Positions 27,963 to 39,143 of a stretch of DNA of 64,000 bases are shown here, piece by piece. Under the pieces are notes generated by a model. The model had not been told where the DNA came from. It saw only the letters and a list, made by a program, of their open reading frames with translations, and searched no databases. Origin of the DNA: Chiloscyllium plagiosum (lineage: Eukaryota); the NCBI RefSeq assembly GCF_004010195.1, contig NC_057719.1:60375080-60439079 (forward strand), read 5' to 3'. How positions within the stretch are numbered: the first letter of the stretch is position 1; every line of letters begins with the position of its first letter. The translations under genes were made by a program, and so were the position numbers.

Positions 27963-28182
27963 AGTAGAAAGTGAGGACTGCAGATGCTGGAGATCAGAGT
28001 TAAGTGTGTGCTGCGGGAAAAGCACAGCGGGTCAGGCAGCATCCAAGGTGCAGGAGAATCGATGTTTCAGGCATAAGCCCTTCATCGGCCCTTCCTCATC
28101 GGCTTATGTCTGAAACATCGATTCTCCTGCTCCTCAGATGTTGGCTGACCTGCTGTGCTTTTCCAGATTCACACTCTTGACA
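27963..28182. mobile_element. Penelope-derived hairpin insertion
   Basis: Inverted arms; direct repeat ca(g/a)tcaagatccc at 27950-27962 and 28183-28195. Confidence 0.85.
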
Positions 28183-28489
28183 CAATCAAGATCCCCCAGA
28201 GCCAGAAGTTTTAATTTTATCTTCTCCGTAGCAGTTGCTGGGGTCTTGCAGCTGTGTTTGGAAACTGCAGTCCATCTCTCCCTGCTACTCTGATGCTTCT
28301 CTTCCTGCTGCTAGAATTGCATGAGAGACAATCTGTTTTATTGAATTTACCTTTGCCAAGGGTGTGTTTATGCGATGTTACTATATTGGGACAGTTACTG
28401 TTTAGTAGTTAAATAATATATTATGCTGTTAAATTTTCCAATAGAGTTAATTATTCTAATTTCTTTTTTTTTGTATTTTAACTATAGTA

Positions 28490-28813
28490 CAGGTACACAA
28501 GCCTTTATCCGAAATTCCAAAATCCAAAAAGCTCCAAAATCCAAAATTTCTTGTGAAGCATTATTCAGGTGTGCGAACTGGTGACCCAACTCCACACCCA
28601 CCCAAACCACATCACTTAGATGTGACGTTGCAGTGTGGCCCAACACTGGCAGGCATCAATTGTGTCTCAGCGCTCGTACTATTCACACATGTGCCTGCTG
28701 TTAGGTTTATTTTCATTTCACTGTAAAAATGTCATTTATTCTGAAATTCAAAACATTCTGAATTCCAAAATACAACGGGCCCCAAGGACTTCAGATAAAG
28801 AATTGTATACCTG
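28490..28813. mobile_element. MER2/Tigger-like MITE
   Basis: TA|caggtacacaagcctttatccgaa ... ttcagataaagaattgtatacctg TIRs; internal ccaaaa repeats. Confidence 0.8.
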
Positions 28814-28959
28814 TTTATGAATAAAATGTGTTTAGTTTCAAGACTGGTAGTTTGACCAATCGAATAGCATGTGGAACATGCCTGACAGTTGCCTTTAAAG
28901 TAAGGCTATCTTCTCAATATATTTTGAGAGGGGGTTTGGTCTGGTCCATAACACTTCCC

Positions 28960-30210
28960 TCTACAGAAAGATACAGCACAGAGGGATCTTGGGGTCCTTG
29001 ATTTCATTTTTCAAATAGGTAACTTGGTGTTTAGATAAGGGAGTGCAGATACATTCAACGTGATCTACTTGTACTCCAGTAAGGCCTTTGATAAGGTTTC
29101 ACATGGGAGAATGATTGCAAAGGTAAGAGTCCATGGGATCCAAATAAATTTGGCTAACTCAATCTATAATTGGCTGAGCGGTAGAAACCAGATGGTATGG
29201 GTCAACCAGTGGTTTTCAGACTCAAAGCTAATATCCAGTGAGTTCTATGGGGATCAATTTTGGGACTCTTGCTATTTGTAATGTAGATAAACAATTTAGA
29301 CTTGAATGCAAGAGGGTTGATCAGTAACTTCACAGATGATACATAAATTGGTGGCATGGTGGATAGCTTTAGATTATAGAGGGTATAGATGTGCTGATTA
29401 ATGGTAAATGGAATTCAATTCAAATAAATGTGAGATGATGCAGGACAAACAAGACAAGGGAATACATGATGAACAGTCGGACTACAGGAAGTACTTAGGA
29501 TAAAATGAATCATTGTGTGGATGCCACTGGTCACCTAAGGTAGCATGACAGTAGCTCAAGTGGTTAAGAAGGCAAAATAGATATTTTCCTGTCCTTGCTA
29601 AGGCACAGAATTTAAAAGCAGGAAGATTATGCTGAGAACTGTACAAGAGGTTGGTTAGGCCACAACTTGAGTATTGTATGCCATTCTGGAATCTAAATTA
29701 TAGGAGGGATATGATGGCACTGGAGGGGGTGCAGCGGAGATTGACCAGGATGTTGCCTGGCCTGGAGAATTTTAGTTATGGAGAGAGATTGTGTAGACTG
29801 GGTTGTTTTCCTTGGAGCAAACAAGACTGAGGCGGGGGGGGGAGGAGGGGGCATGATTCAGATGTATAAAATTATGAAGGGCACAGACAGAGTAGATTGG
29901 AAGAATTCTTTTCCCCTTGGTGGAGGATCAATGATCAGGAGCCATAAATTTAAGGTAGGGGGCAGGAGGTTTAGAGGGGATAAGGGGAAATACATTTTCA
30001 CCCAGTAATACTGGAACTTACTACCTCTAGGATGATAGGGGCAGAAACCCTCATAACACTAATATATTTTTAGATGTACATTTGCGATGATGAGGCATAC
30101 AAGGCTTATGGGCCAAGTGCTGGCAAATGGGCTTAGAATAGTTAGGTATTCTTTTTGACCAGCTAATACTCTAATTCCAAGAAGCTCTTCTGTGCTCTAG
30201 ACCTCTACGA
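28960..30210 (+). mobile_element. Degraded CR1 LINE RT and 3' end
   Basis: SKAFDKVSHGR, FTDDT, LVRPQLEYC, YKIMKGTDRVD, FKVGGRRFRGD motifs. Confidence 0.9.
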
Positions 30211-30405
30211 AGCCAAATGGAATGTCAGGCTTTATTTCAAAAGAATTAGAGTATAAATATTGCTGACAAGGTACTAGTCAGCTGGAATACTGTGAACAGT
30301 TTTTGGACCCTTATCTAAGTAATATGGGAATTGGAGACAGCTCCAAGAAGGTCTGCTAGGCTGATGTAAAGTTTGGAGGGTCAGTTTTATGAGAAGCAGT
30401 TGAGT

Positions 30406-30592
30406 CAGGATATTTCTGGTATAACGCGATAATTGCATTCCTGTGCAACCTTACGCAATAGAAAATCATGCTGTGAAGACTGCTATACCCGTTCACTAGA
30501 AAGTTTGCATTACCCAAAAAGCATACCCACTTCATCAATTGGTTATAGCTAATTCACGTTGATGAAACACTTGTTATTACCAGACATACTTG
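30406..30592. mobile_element. Tigger/pogo-type MITE
   Basis: TIRs caggatatttctggtataac / gttattaccagacatacttg|TA. Confidence 0.75.
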
Positions 30593-30599
30593 TAGGCTG

Positions 30600-30826
30600 A
30601 GGAGAAAGTGAGGACTGCAGATGCTGGAGATCAGAGCTGAAAATGTGTTGCTGGAAAAGCGCAGCAGGTCAGGCAGCATCCAAGGAACAGGAGAATCGAC
30701 GTTTTAGGCATAAGCCCTTCTTCAGGAATCTTCAGGATTCCTGAAGAAGGGCTTATGCCCGAAACGTCGATTCACCTGTTCCTTGGATGCTGCCTGACCT
30801 GCTGTGCTTTTCCAGCAACACATTTT
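30600..30826. mobile_element. Young Penelope-derived hairpin insertion (~90-bp inverted arms)
   Basis: Arms ~30639-30730 and ~30736-30827 nearly perfect inverted; direct repeat catac(t/c)tgt(a/c)ggctg at 30585-30599 and 30827-30841. Confidence 0.9.
30736..30773 (+). ncRNA. Minimal type I hammerhead ribozyme-like motif (Penelope-associated)
   Basis: gattc-CTGAAGA-A-GGGC-TTAT-GCCC-GAAAC-GTC-gattc: core boxes, 4-bp helix II, palindromic ACGT helix III, GUC triplet; activity not demonstrated. Confidence 0.7.
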
Positions 30827-32439
30827 CATACCTGTCGGCTGGGCTTGTACACATTGACATTTAGCAGAATGAGAGGCAATCCTTTTTAAACATTTTTAGG
30901 AGACTTGACAGGGTAGATACAGAAAACGTGTTCCCCTTCTGGAAGAGTCTAGGACCAGATTGTACAATCTCAGAAGAAGTGGTTGTAGATTTAAGGCAGA
31001 GATGAGGAGGAATTTCTTCTGAGGGCAGTGAATCTGTGAAATTCTTTGCAACGAAGGACTGTTACATCCGGCCTGTTAAGTATTTTAAGGCGGAGACAGG
31101 CAAATGTTTGATCAGTAAGGGAATAAAAGGTAATGGAGAAAAGGCAGGAAAGTGAAGTTGAGAATTATCAGGTCAGCCATAATTTCTTTGAATAGTGGAA
31201 CAGACTTAATGGGCTGAATGGTCTACTTCTGTTCCTATGTCTAACAGTCTTTGAGTAAGCTTTTGGTAACCTACACAGTTGCTCCTTATGCTGTATGGTT
31301 GCACATTATGTTTAACAACTCCTGTGTGAAGCATCATGGAATAGTTTACTACCTTAAAAATGTAATTTAGTTGCTGCATTTTGGATTGAAATGGATATTT
31401 ATTGTCAGTCAATTGACTGGCAGGATAAGCAATCCTTTTCAGCCCCTGATGCTCATCAGCAGGAAAAGACTACTTGTTGATTTTAGCACTTTAAAATAAA
31501 TTTGTACAAAATAAATTAATTAGTAAGAAAGTAAATTAACTTCAGTGTGGGCTGAACACACAATTTTCTCACTTTGCACTGTCTGCTTGAGAAATCTGGA
31601 TGCACAAACAGAAAATTCTCGTTTTTCTTGTCAGTTTTGTGTGAGCACATATTCTTGTAAATTGAAATGTTCTTGTTGCATATGATTTAAACTTTTCCAA
31701 TTTAAATACAAGAGTTGGCTTTCTTGCATAATTTTCACCTTCAAAGGTTGAAGAAGCTAAACGCTATATTACAGTTGATCTAGCATCAATTTTCTTAAAA
31801 ATTGATACACAATGATTTTTTTTTCTTTAGCTTTCTGGATACATAAATCTTGTTCCAGTTTTGAAGCTAATAAACTATTTATAAAATTCAACAGTAAATG
31901 TAAAATGCTCCACTTTTATTCTCATCAACAGGTGGTTCCAATGATAGTTTGAACACTTCCCTGTTGCTATTCCTGTATCAATCTCTTTCTGACCAGCTGT
32001 TTTGTTTCTGAGCGATTTTAACAGTAATAAGTAAAATGCTAGCTGACACTGTAACTTAAGCCTTTCTTAATTAATTCTCCTTACCCCTGGAGAGGAGTGA
32101 AATTCCAGTCAAGGGACAAAACTTCTGACCTCGCTGATACTTAAGCACTGTCGGAAAGTTGATTTCTAGCAGTCTCAGTCTTGTCTCTGGACATTCATAT
32201 AATTCCTAATTATGTATACCTAATGTTTAGTTTATCTGATACTAAACTAAATTGCAAAATGGTATTAAATATTTCAGGACTAAAATAAGGATTAGAATTG
32301 TTAGGTCTTACATTGGAGAACAATGTTTCTCTGAGTTTGAGAAAATACTGCATTGGTAGAATCATGAAGTCACTGTGTTGTGTCCCTCATAATTATAAAC
32401 CAGACAGAGGTGTTCATTTGTAGGCAACTTGATAACAAT

Positions 32440-34530
32440 TTGGAGGAAACTCACAAAATGCCATCCACATATTAATACCAATATACTTTCTACCCAGATA
32501 AAGAAAAGTTCCTCGATTGAACTGAACAGGCACTCTACTGGATTCCCATACAGACTGCAGGAAACTAGCTGACAAAGCACACCCTCGGAAAAGCTCTAGG
32601 TGTTGATGCTGTACTGCCTGAATTTATTGAGAACAGAAAACCAGCCGTTCTGCAGCATCTGCATAAGTCTCTCTACTTCTGCTGGAGGGGAGAGGGCAAC
32701 GCCCCAGGATGTGCAATACAAAGACTGCAAGGCTATACAAGAACAAAGGTGACCACAGTGATTACAACAGCCATCAAAGCCTTTCCCTGCTGAGCATCAT
32801 GAGAAATCTATTTGCTCACATTGCTGTTTAAAGACTACAGATCATGGATGAATGCATATACCCTGAATCACAGTATGGTTACAGAACTGCAACATTCACA
32901 ATTGATGTGACCTTTACAGTCTGGTAGCTGCAACAGAAAGATCAAAACAAGCAAGACCTTCTCTTTCCTTAACGTGATGAGTAAGTTCAATTATGACCAG
33001 AAACATAGCAACCCTTTGAGATCAACAATGGAATTAGGCAGAGTTGGATTCTGGCACCAACACACCGTCATATATCTTCAGGTCTACTTAAATAGCAGAA
33101 CAGATGGAAGGTGGTTCAATCTTGCTAACCTTCGATCCAAGACAAAAGTCCACTCAATCCTCGTCAGGCAGTTGCTCTGTGTTGAGAATGCTGCACTCTA
33201 TAACAATAAACCCCTTCAGGAGAACGGATAGACTCTCTCATATTTGTAAACAGTTTTGTTTGATCATCAGCATTTGGAAGACAACATTATGGTCCAGGAT
33301 ATTACCATACAGCCATCTATTACTACTGCCAAGGTGACACATGAACAAATTTCAGAAGCTTCACATCTTGAGGCTCCACAATAACTAATCTGTTACCTGA
33401 TGCTGAAATCAACAAATACATTGCAAAATCTCTTGGAATGACAGGACTGACATCTGAAGAGAGACCAGGTCAGTTTAGTCTATATTCACTAGCGTTTAGA
33501 AGAATGAGGGAGGATCTCATAGAAACCTATAAAATTCTAACAGGACTACAGGGTAAATGTAGGAAGGTTGTCAATGATCTGAGAGTCCAGATCCATAGGT
33601 CACAGTCTAAGGATATAGGGTAGGTCACTTCGGACTGAGTTGAGGAGAAATTTCTTCACGCAGCAGGTGGTGAGCCTAAGGAATATTTGCTACAGAAAGC
33701 AACTGGGTTAAAAACATTGATGTTAGAGTTAGATACACTTCTTAGGGCTACAGGATTAAAGAGAGGAAAGCAGTACTGAGTTGGATGATCAGCCGTGTTT
33801 ATATTAAATGACAGAATGGGCTCAAAGGGCTGAATAGCCTATATGTTCTCTGATTTTCTATGTTGAGTAGAAGAGTATGGAACCTATTGAAAACACCAAA
33901 CTGGGACTCTATTAAGTATGCATCTTCCTTACACCCCTCTACAGTGGTGAGACCTTTACAACATACACTAGGCAGGAGAGAAGGCTGAACAATTTCCATC
34001 TTTGATTTCTCAGATGTATTCTCAGTATCACTTGGTAACAGAGGTCACCAATTCAGAGACCTTGGAGCTTGTTAATTCTATTAGCATACACTGGTTCCTA
34101 AGCAAATGATGTCTCAGTTACATTCATTGAATAGATGTTGGCATTATACCCAAAGAACCTCTGTACGGTGAACTTACCACTGGTCACTACCTCCTGATCA
34201 TCTATGCCTCTGGTATAAGGGCAACTTCAAGAGAGATATGAAGATTGGGACGTTGACACTGACAACTGGGAGACTGTTGCTGTTGGCTATAGTCTCTTGA
34301 AGCTCACTTTTTTGAAGGATATTGAAAGAAGTTTGCCGAGATTAAAAGCTCAACTGAACAAAAAGAGGACCAAGATGAAAAGAAGCAGGAGAATCATTTA
34401 CTTTCTCAGCTCACTGTCTTCCTCTGTAGTAAATGTGGCAGATATTACTATGGGTTCTGAGTTACACCAGGCAAGGCGTAATACAGAGTGGACCATTACA
34501 ACACAAATCATCTTGTTATGGGATGTAAAG
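32440..34530 (+). mobile_element. Degraded RTE-clade (BovB-like) LINE
   Basis: KALGVDAVLPE, YKNKGDHSDYNSHQSLSLLSI, IYPESQYGYR, SRTDGRWFNLANLRSKTKV..RQLL, IPKEPLYGEL. Confidence 0.85.
33435..33862 (+). mobile_element. CR1 3' fragment nested in the RTE element
   Basis: RRMREDLIETYKILTGL; ends in ttctatg, after which the RTE frame resumes (LSRRVW). Confidence 0.85.
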
Positions 34531-34603
34531 CTGTCACAAGACTAATATGCACTAGGGGGATTGGTATCTGCAGAGAACCATTTTCTGAGATAAAATGGAA
34601 ATA

Positions 34604-34816
34604 TAGGCAGTTCTTCCAGAACGCGATAGTTGCATTCCTGTACGACCCTGCACTATACAAAAATTGCGCAATACAATCAAACTATTGGCGATTTCATCAC
34701 ATTATAGCCAACATACATTTTAAAAGTTTGTGTTATAGAAACAGCGTTCCCTATTCACCCAATCGCTTTACAACCAACTTGTGTTCAAAAAAGACGTATT
34801 ATAGCAAAACTGCCTG
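34604..34816. mobile_element. Tigger/pogo-type MITE
   Basis: TA|taggcagttctt ... gcaaaactgcctg|TA TIRs with TA flanks. Confidence 0.8.
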
Positions 34817-34864
34817 TAACTAAAAGAGTAATGTTTAGCAATCTCCTACAGTGGAATTAATATT

Positions 34865-35730
34865 TTTTGATTGGATTTGATTTATTATTGTCACGTATAC
34901 CCATGTATAGTGAAAAGTTTTGTTTTGTGTGTAGTGCAGGCAGATCATACCATACAAAGGGCATAAGAGTAATGTTATGGCAGCAAAGAAGCAGCATAAA
35001 GATCAAGGTTAACATTGAATTTGAAATTTGAGAGGTACCTTCAGAAGTCCAATGACAGTGGGGAAGATGATGTTCTTGAATATGTTGGTATGTGTGTATT
35101 AGCTTTTGTATCTTCTGCCCAATGGAAGAAGGTGGAAGAGATAATAAATTGGGTGTGATGGGTCTTTTATTACATTGGCTGCCTTTCTGAGGCAATGGGA
35201 TGTACAGATGGAATCAATAGATGAAAGGCTTAAGTGATGGTCAGGGCTGTGTTCACAACTCTGGATTTTCTTACTGTCCTGGGAAGAGCAATGCCCATAC
35301 CAAGCCATGATCTGTCTGGATGGAATGCTTTCTATGGTGCATCTATAAAAATTGGTAAGTGTCTTGACAGACAAGCCAAATTTCCTTAGCCTCCAGAGGA
35401 AGTGGAGGCACTGCTGTGCTTTCTTGACTGTTGCATCAACGTGGGTGGCCCAGGACAGCTTGTTGGCGATCATCACTCTAAGGAACTTTATGCTTTTGAT
35501 TATCTCCACCTCAGCTCCATTGATGTAGATAGGAAGCAAGGCGGAGGACACATCCCTAAGTCAATGACCAGCTCTTTCATTTTGCTGACGTTAAGGGAGA
35601 GATTGTTATCATTATATCACACCACCAAGCACTTTCCTGTATTGTCTCGTCATTGTTTGAGATCTGGCCTACAATGGTTGTGTTGTCAGTGAACTTCTTG
35701 ATGGAGTTATGAAAAACTTTGGCCACAGTC
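34865..35730 (-). mobile_element. Rex1/Babar-like LINE, RT C-terminus and 3' UTR
   Basis: ORF 35099-35551 INGAEVEIIKSIKFL...KKAQQCLHFLWRLRKFG...LTNFYRCTIES...LLPLGRRYKS; aataataaatcaaatc tail. Confidence 0.85.
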
Positions 35731-36899
35731 ATGGTGACTGGTTACCATAGTAAAAGTTATAGAAGGATGCTTGATGTGCTGTCTATTTTACTGAGGCACT
35801 AGTATAGTGTAGCAGCTTAAAAGATAAATGGACTCTTGGATGAAGCATTGTCTGACCACTTGTAATTGACGGACAATTTGGCCTGAGCAAAGGCAATTCA
35901 AATAAGCAGACAAATTCAGGACAGGAAGCAAATTTGGTTCATGATTTGGGGTGAAAGGCGGAAGCACATCCCAAAAATAATGACTCAGTGGAGTATTTTA
36001 AAAATAGAACAGTGGCTATACAAAACCAGAAGACACAGGAACAGGACCTTTAATTACCCCGGCACATTGCTGTGACGTCCAAGGAAAAGCACAGAAAGTG
36101 TTCTGATAAAGAGACAAAATGCCGTCCTGCAGAAAAAAAGGTGTTATTTTCAGGCTTGTTTGAAGCAAAAAGTCTGCACATAATAAGCAAAAAAAGATAA
36201 GCCTTCATAAGGTGGCAAGATCTCTGAAATAGAAGGTATAAATGATACAGTGTTGCCTTTCCTTGGAGAGATCTAGGAACTGAACAGAAGCAATTAGAAT
36301 ACTGATATCCTAGTAGACAGAAGATACAGAGGTGCCGCAATTATTTCTGAAGCTGTGCTGTGGTTGAAGAAAAATTATCTTCAACCAACAAGTAAAATTT
36401 ATATGAGCCAGGTGGTTTAGGACTAAAGTCATGGGAACAACTGAATACAATCCCTCAATTCAGAAAGAGAAAAATCACTGAAACTTTATACGTGATTCCG
36501 AACAGGAACTATTCACTGTAAAGCAGGAAAATGTGGACAAAATTCCATATGATTTGCAGAGTTGAGGAACTGGAAAGCTGAAAATATCAGCCTAAGAACT
36601 TCAAAGTTTATTCTCCACAACTGTTCAAGGATTAGGAAAGGTCAAGAAAACACACAACATTGGCCTGAAACAAAAACATTAGGTGGAATTTTCCACTCTC
36701 TTTGAAGAGACAGGATTTGATTCTCCTTCTACTCTCATCGTTGCCCTCACAACTGAATTCAAAGATGGGCCACTGCCAATCCTGAGGGTTGGGAATTAAT
36801 GGTTGAGGCTAAAACATATCGGGTTCAAAATAGTTTGGCTACTAATATAGTTCTAATATGCAGTAGTGCAGATTTTTCAGATGACTCACGTCCTGGCAG

Positions 36900-37629
36900 T
36901 GCAATTTGCTTATAATGTCGCTCAGAAATTAAGGAGTGGTATTTTCGAGAACGCTTACCTTTGTTCGCAATAGCATGATTCCAGCGGTGATTATCTTGCA
37001 CGCTTCATTCTGCGCGTGTGCTGAAGTCTGTGCTGAAGCCTCCACACTGTTCTGCGTATCTGCTAATGTCAGCTGCCAACACAGCAGCTTTCTGTGCGAA
37101 GTACTGTACAGAGAGCAGCTTTCTGAGAGAGATACATTGAGCAGCTTCCTGTAAATGGTACATTACTCCTATATTATCCTTTTTTTTGAAAAATGGAAGT
37201 GCACAGTGACAAGAATGTTAGCAAGAAACATCCTTGTGATAAAATTGCGAGTAGTGAACACAAAAGAACGACTATACACTGGAAGAGAAGCTAGATATTA
37301 GAAAGCATTTTGAACGTAAGGAGAGAATATGATATATAGCTTGCTTAACAGGAATACACACCACGATTATGCTCATTAACAATATTCGTAAAATGTACTT
37401 TGTTAAATTTATTTTTGTTTCGTTGATAAATATGACTCATACCTTCATTCAGGCTGTGCTACACTCTGAGTTAGACTTTTGGGGGATTTTTGAGTGATTG
37501 TGAGTGATATCTTTTGTTGGTCGGCCTGAACCCCACTTTTCCCATTGGCCCCATTATTTACATAAAGCAATTTTCCAGTAAGCGAGGTTTTGCTGAAACA
37601 CAACTACTCCATTATAGGAGGATTACCTG
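36900..37629 (+). mobile_element. Tigger/pogo internal-deletion derivative with CENP-B-like HTH remnant
   Basis: 37193-37365 reads KRTTI/LEEKLDIRKHFERKER..IACLTGI; right TIR ...ataggaggattacctg|TA; left end not located. Confidence 0.7.
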
Positions 37630-38104
37630 TACAAAGTTTCAGTCAACATTAGCATGTGGAAAAGCAGGTATTGCACATATTGCAGTCATATAGTGTCTGA
37701 GCTTAATCACTTCCACTACCTTAGACAGATGGGAAATTATCTAAATACTGGTTCCACTGGGAGTACTGGTCTCCTCAAGTCTGCTCTGTTTCAGGTGAAT
37801 TAGAACACTGTAGTCTCATAGTAGGGACACTTGTGCAATGGGATTGGACTATACTACAATCTCTCACCATGTTGACATATCTGCATCTGGCAACCCACTA
37901 AACACTTCCTGCCTCGTTGCTAGCAAGTAAGGTGGATTAGATACCCCCAGAATATGCTAAATTGTGGCCATTCAATATTAATATCAAATTTCTACAGCTA
38001 AATAAATGGATGATGTCGACACAGGCTTCCCCACTTCCTATTTATCAGAGTATATTTATCAGAGTCATATTTATCAGAGTAACGGGCTTTCAAAGTCACG
38101 GGTT

Positions 38105-39020
38105 ATGGACATTAGGGCAGTTGCATGTTCCTCCGGCAGAATGTGGCAGGTGAGAGACACTTCTCATGTCTCTGCTGACTACATCTGCGGGAAGTGCACC
38201 CAACTCCAGCTGCTCGAAAACCGAGTTAGTGAACTGGAGCTGGAGCTGGATGAAATACAGATCATCCGGGAGGCTGAGGGGGAAATTGAGAGGATATACA
38301 GAGAGGTGGTCACTCCCCAGACACAGGATAAGGACAGCTGGGTTACCGTCAGGGGGAAGAAAGGGAACCGATGGTCAGAGCAGGGATCCCCTGTGGCCGT
38401 TCCCCTCAGCAGTAAGTACGCCGTTTTGGATACTGCTGGTGGGGACGACCTACCAGGGGTAATCCACAGTTGTCAGGTCTCTGGCACTGAGCCTGACACT
38501 GTGGCTCAGAAGGGAAGGGGGGAAAATAGAAAAGCGCTAGTGGTAGGGGATTCAATAGTCAGACGGATTGACAGGAGATTTTGTGGTCAGGAACGGGACT
38601 CCCAGAAGGTATGTTCCCTCCCTGGTGCCATGGTCTGGGATGTTGCCGATCAGGTTTGCAAGATTCTGAAGGGGGAGGGGGAGCAGCCAGAAATTGTGAT
38701 ACATATTGGCACCAATGATACAGCCAGGAAAGGGATTGAGGATCTGAAAAGTGACTACAGACAGTTAGGTTGGAAGCTGAAGAGCAGGGCGAATAGAGTA
38801 GTGATTTCAGGTTTGCTACCAGTGCTACAGTCAGCGAATGCAGCTTAACACGTGGCTGCGGGGCTGGTGCAGGACGGAGGGCTTCAGATACCTAGACCAT
38901 TGGGATACCTTCTGGGGAAGGTGGGACCTGTACATGAAGGATGGGATGCACCTAAACTGGAGGGGCACAAATGTCCTGGGTGGGAGATTTGCTCGTGTAA
39001 TTCGGGAGGGTTTAAATTAA
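38105..39020 (+). pseudogene. CR1 ORF1: zinc finger, coiled coil and SGNH/GDSL esterase; one frameshift near 38840
   Basis: ACSSGRMW..YICGKC, LELELDE, VVGDSIVR, HIGTND, DGMHLN motifs. Confidence 0.9.
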
Positions 39021-39143
39021 TTTGGCAGGGGGGTTGGGAATCAGAGCCACATGTTTGAGAGGGGGTCAGTTGCAGACGTGACAGTGACAGGATATATTGA
39101 ATCTAAAAGGAAGGTTTCTCATGCGATGAAACAAAGGGATCGG

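Larger units (their letters stand above)
27782..28953 (+). mobile_element. Solo LTR carrying two nested insertions
   Basis: Termini TGTGATG...CATAACA (6/7 inverted match, TG..CA); AATAAA near 28820; ctt on both flanks. Confidence 0.65.
30215..31240 (+). mobile_element. CR1 3' fragment with nested MITE and Penelope hairpin
   Basis: LEYCEQF, gacagggtagat, gatgaggaggaatttctt and 3' UTR gggctgaatggtctact...ttcctatg. Confidence 0.8.

Noticed and set aside
38006..38104. N-terminal extension of the 280-aa ORF
   Set aside because: It derives from flanking DNA and the tandem repeat; the CR1 ORF1 motif begins at the ATG at 38105
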